The notes beneath the pieces are model-generated. The model had not been told where the DNA came from and did not search any database. It saw nothing but the letters and a program-made list of their open reading frames with translations. 64,000 nt of DNA from Acholeplasmataceae bacterium UBA4853 (GTDB taxonomy: Bacteria; Bacillota_I; Bacilli_A; Acholeplasmatales; Acholeplasmataceae). The DNA lies in contig DHEJ01000010.1 of NCBI GenBank assembly GCA_002399815.1, forward strand, positions 25,920 to 89,919, read 5' to 3'. Numbering within the stretch: position 1 is the stretch's first letter; every line of letters starts with the position of its first letter. Shown here piece after piece: positions 60,909 to 64,000 of this stretch. The translations under genes and the position numbers were made by a program.

Positions 60909-63854
60909 TTGAAAAAACTCATATTATTAACATTGTCACTTATGTTGACAAGCATAATGATTCTTACAATCAGTTATGCACTAGAAACACCAAATACATT
61001 GGTGGTACATTATTACAGATACGATGATAACTACACTGGATATAATTTTTGGATGTGGCAAAATCAACCTGTAGCATTAGGTGGTACTAAATATGAATTT
61101 GAAACTGAATCCATTGATCAGTATGGTACTAAGTATATAATTGACTTAGATGAACTATATCCTGATGCAACGCGTTTAGGTATTATTATTAAACAAGGAG
61201 AGTGGGATGGTTATAGAGAACCAGGCGGAGACAGATTCTTTGATTTAGCTGATGTTGAGACTGTTAATGGTGTAAAACATGTATATTTTGTTCAAGGACA
61301 AATAGCTTTTGGTAAATCAGCAGCAGACTTAACAAATAATCTTCCTGATTATCGTCCAAGCATTTTGTTTGCAGCTTTTAATGCGCAAGAAAATATTGTG
61401 GTTACATTATCACATAGTGCTTTAAGTTATAAGGTATTAGAAAATGGGATTGAAGTTAAATCTGGCGAGTTAACTACAAATAAGACTCAAACAATTACAG
61501 GATTCAACGTTGATATTACAAAAAACTATACGGTTTCTGTAAAATTTGGAGATTCTGAAGCTACAAAATCAGTTTCTCTTCAAAATCTATATGATACAGA
61601 TAGCTTTGAAGCAGCCTTTACATATGATGGAACGCTAGGCTCTGTCTATGAGAAGACTCATACAACATTTAGATTATGGGCACCAATCTCACAATCAGTA
61701 TCCTTAAATATATACAATCAAGGTCATCCTTTATATGACAGATTAGGTGTTTCTTCAGTAGAAAACACACCTATATCCACAGTTGATATGACAAAGATTG
61801 AAAACGGTGTTTGGGAAATAGTTTTAACTGGAGATTATGCTTCTAAATACTATACATTTAATGTAACAAACAATGATGTAACTCAAGAAGTAACGGATCC
61901 TTATAGTTATTCAACAGGTGCAAATGGATTACGTAGTATGGTTGTTGATTTTGACCAAACGGATCCTGCATATTGGGAATTTGATCGTAGACCAAATACA
62001 ATTAAAACATTTACTGACTATATTATTTGGGAACTTCATGTTAGAGATTTAACAACCCATTCATCATGGAATGGTACAAATGCAAACCGTGGTAAATTCT
62101 TAGGTTTAGCTGAATCAGGAACTACCTATTCATCTGGTGGTGTTACTGTAACAACTGGACTTGATCATATTGAAGAATTAGGTGTAAATGCAGTCCACTT
62201 ATTACCTATATTTGATTTTGGTTATGTCGATGAGGTCGCAGTATTTAATAATCCAGATATGGTAAATGGTGTTTTTAACTGGGGTTATATGCCTTATCAC
62301 TATAATACTTTAGAAGGTTCTTACTCAACAAATCCATTTGATGGAAATGTTAGAATTTATGAATTTAAAAAAGCAGTTCAAGCTTTACATGCTAAAAATA
62401 TCCGTGTCATTATGGACGTTGTATATAATCATACCGGTGAATCAGAAGGCTCTAATTTCAATAAAATTATTCCGGGATATTACCATAGATTAAATGCACA
62501 AGGTGGTTTTTCTAATGGTTCAGGTACTGGTAATGAAACAGCATCAGAACGTTCAATGGTTAGAAAATTATTTGTTGATTCTACTGTGTTTTTAGCTAAA
62601 GAATATAACTTATCAGGGTTCAGATTTGACTTAATGTCACTACATGATATTGAGACAATGAATACAATAAGAACTGAAATGGATAAGATTGATCCAACAA
62701 TCATTTTATACGGTGAACCATGGGCTGGTGGTGATACCTTAATTAAAGGTGAAGATGCAGCAGGTATGACCAATACAAATAATTGGGACCGTACACAAAT
62801 AAGAAAATTAGACAGTGGAATTGCAGCATTTAATGACTTATTCAGAAATGCATTAAAAGGTACTCCAGATGGCGCAGCAGGTGGATTTATTCAAGGCCAA
62901 ATGGATGAAAATAAAATGAATGATTTGAAAAAAGGTATGTTAGGTGCAACAGGCCAATTTACGAATTCACCACTTCAAAATATTTTATATGGTGAAGCAC
63001 ATGATAATTTAACATTACATGATAAATTTAGAAGTAGTGGCGTATCAAATTTAGAGGTTCAACATGCTCAAGTACAATCAAATGCGATGGTATTAACATC
63101 GATGGGGATTCCATTCTTACATGCTGGAACAGAATTTTTAAGAAGTAAACCGAAACAAGATGGTACGTATGAACATAACTCTTATGAATCACCGGATTCT
63201 GTAAATCAATTAAGATGGGATCGTAAACTCACATATAATAACGTATTTGAGTATCATAAAGCACTCATTCATATCAGAAAGACATTTAATGGATTTAGAT
63301 TAGATAATCAAGCAGAAATTGCATCAAGAGTTTCATTTGTTGCAACATCTCAAGATGCAACGCTCAAAGCACTGGCATTAAAGATAACTGGAACAGCAAC
63401 AGATTCAGCTTTATTAGTAATTCATGCAGGTAAAGTGAGTGGAATTACCACAGTGAATTTAAATGATGGTAAAACTTATGTACAATTAACTTCAAGAGCT
63501 GGTGCTTTAGGGTTATTTGATACCGAAAAAGGACTTGTCAGTCGAAGTGGAAGTTTCGCTGTTGCAACCACCAATACAACTGCAATCTTTGTAGAAGTTA
63601 TGGAAACAGAAGCATTAACACTTAAACAGACACAATTAAACATCGATCGTAATTCGGATTTTGATCCATTATCAAATCTTAATATACCAACTGGATTAAA
63701 GGTTTATGCAAGTGATGTTGATACATCTATACCAGGCTTTAAAGTAGTAACTGTAAATGCTGTAGATTATCTAGGTAATCAAAGCATCTATTATTACACA
63801 GTCTTTGTATCAGGTGCTAGCTTTCAACTTAATTTAGGAGGCTTAAATTCATGA
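60909..63854 (+). CDS. pulA: Secreted type I pullulanase (CBM41-CBM48-GH13 plus C-terminal Ig-like domain)
   Basis: VVHYYRYDDNY, FRLWAP, ELHVRD, FNWGY, DVVYNH, GFRFDLM, YGEPW and HDN. TTG start after GGAGG. Confidence 0.93.
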   Translation: MKKLILLTLSLMLTSIMILTISYALETPNTLVVHYYRYDDNYTGYNFWMWQNQPVALGGTKYEFETESIDQYGTKYIIDLDELYPDATRLGIIIKQGEWDGYREPGGDRFFDLADVETVNGVKHVYFVQGQIAFGKSAADLTNNLPDYRPSILFAAFNAQENIVVTLSHSALSYKVLENGIEVKSGELTTNKTQTITGFNVDITKNYTVSVKFGDSEATKSVSLQNLYDTDSFEAAFTYDGTLGSVYEKTHTTFRLWAPISQSVSLNIYNQGHPLYDRLGVSSVENTPISTVDMTKIENGVWEIVLTGDYASKYYTFNVTNNDVTQEVTDPYSYSTGANGLRSMVVDFDQTDPAYWEFDRRPNTIKTFTDYIIWELHVRDLTTHSSWNGTNANRGKFLGLAESGTTYSSGGVTVTTGLDHIEELGVNAVHLLPIFDFGYVDEVAVFNNPDMVNGVFNWGYMPYHYNTLEGSYSTNPFDGNVRIYEFKKAVQALHAKNIRVIMDVVYNHTGESEGSNFNKIIPGYYHRLNAQGGFSNGSGTGNETASERSMVRKLFVDSTVFLAKEYNLSGFRFDLMSLHDIETMNTIRTEMDKIDPTIILYGEPWAGGDTLIKGEDAAGMTNTNNWDRTQIRKLDSGIAAFNDLFRNALKGTPDGAAGGFIQGQMDENKMNDLKKGMLGATGQFTNSPLQNILYGEAHDNLTLHDKFRSSGVSNLEVQHAQVQSNAMVLTSMGIPFLHAGTEFLRSKPKQDGTYEHNSYESPDSVNQLRWDRKLTYNNVFEYHKALIHIRKTFNGFRLDNQAEIASRVSFVATSQDATLKALALKITGTATDSALLVIHAGKVSGITTVNLNDGKTYVQLTSRAGALGLFDTEKGLVSRSGSFAVATTNTTAIFVEVMETEALTLKQTQLNIDRNSDFDPLSNLNIPTGLKVYASDVDTSIPGFKVVTVNAVDYLGNQSIYYYTVFVSGASFQLNLGGLNS

Positions 63855-64000
63855 AAAAATTATTATTAAGTATGATGTTATTACTAGCTTTGTTTCTGGT
63901 AGCATGTACACCGGAAAATAGTTTAGAAAACAGTCAAATCACTGTTGAAGATGTAACGTTTAGTGGTAATATCTTTGAAGCGAGCCTAATCATTGAAAAA
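63851..64000 (+). CDS. Lipoprotein, 3'-truncated by the window edge (not in the ORF track)
   Basis: AGGAGG RBS and ATGA overlap with the pulA stop. MKKLLLSMMLLLALFLVAC lipobox; frame open to the window end. Confidence 0.75.
   Translation, partial: MKKLLLSMMLLLALFLVACTPENSLENSQITVEDVTFSGNIFEASLIIEK

Overview
AT-rich bacterial chromosome segment. It uses genetic code 11 (TGA ends genes, Trp is TGG); the lipoproteins, gene content and codon style suggest a wall-less Acholeplasmataceae-type mollicute (inference). From left to right: (1) a Liv-type ABC importer beside a six-gene operon of thiolase, SDR, FabH-like enzyme, CoA-transferase and two hydrolases, possibly for 3-hydroxybutyrate-ester/PHB scavenging; (2) two rlmD paralogs with complementary loss of motifs, enclosing two MacB-like ATPase-permease fusions, an Ig-SGNH lipoprotein and a DEAD-box helicase; (3) a ~5.5 kb accessory, defence-like island after the second rlmD; (4) TrmB, a HAD phosphatase, a CopZ/P1B-ATPase/Crp-Fnr unit and a Y-family polymerase with YolD; (5) a complete F1Fo ATP synthase operon with a Na+-type c subunit; (6) housekeeping genes; (7) a large starch/maltodextrin locus interrupted by an inactive ISL3. 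The island in (3) holds an orphan PD-(D/E)xK nuclease, an RloC/SMC-like zinc-hook ATPase coupled to a RES-domain protein, and several gene remnants. Its modules are delimited by a recurring 17-bp repeat. The best candidates for an undescribed system are the ATPase+RES pair and its repeat-delimited cassette array. No rRNA, tRNA or CRISPR array was seen. All family assignments come from motif recognition by eye, not from database searches.
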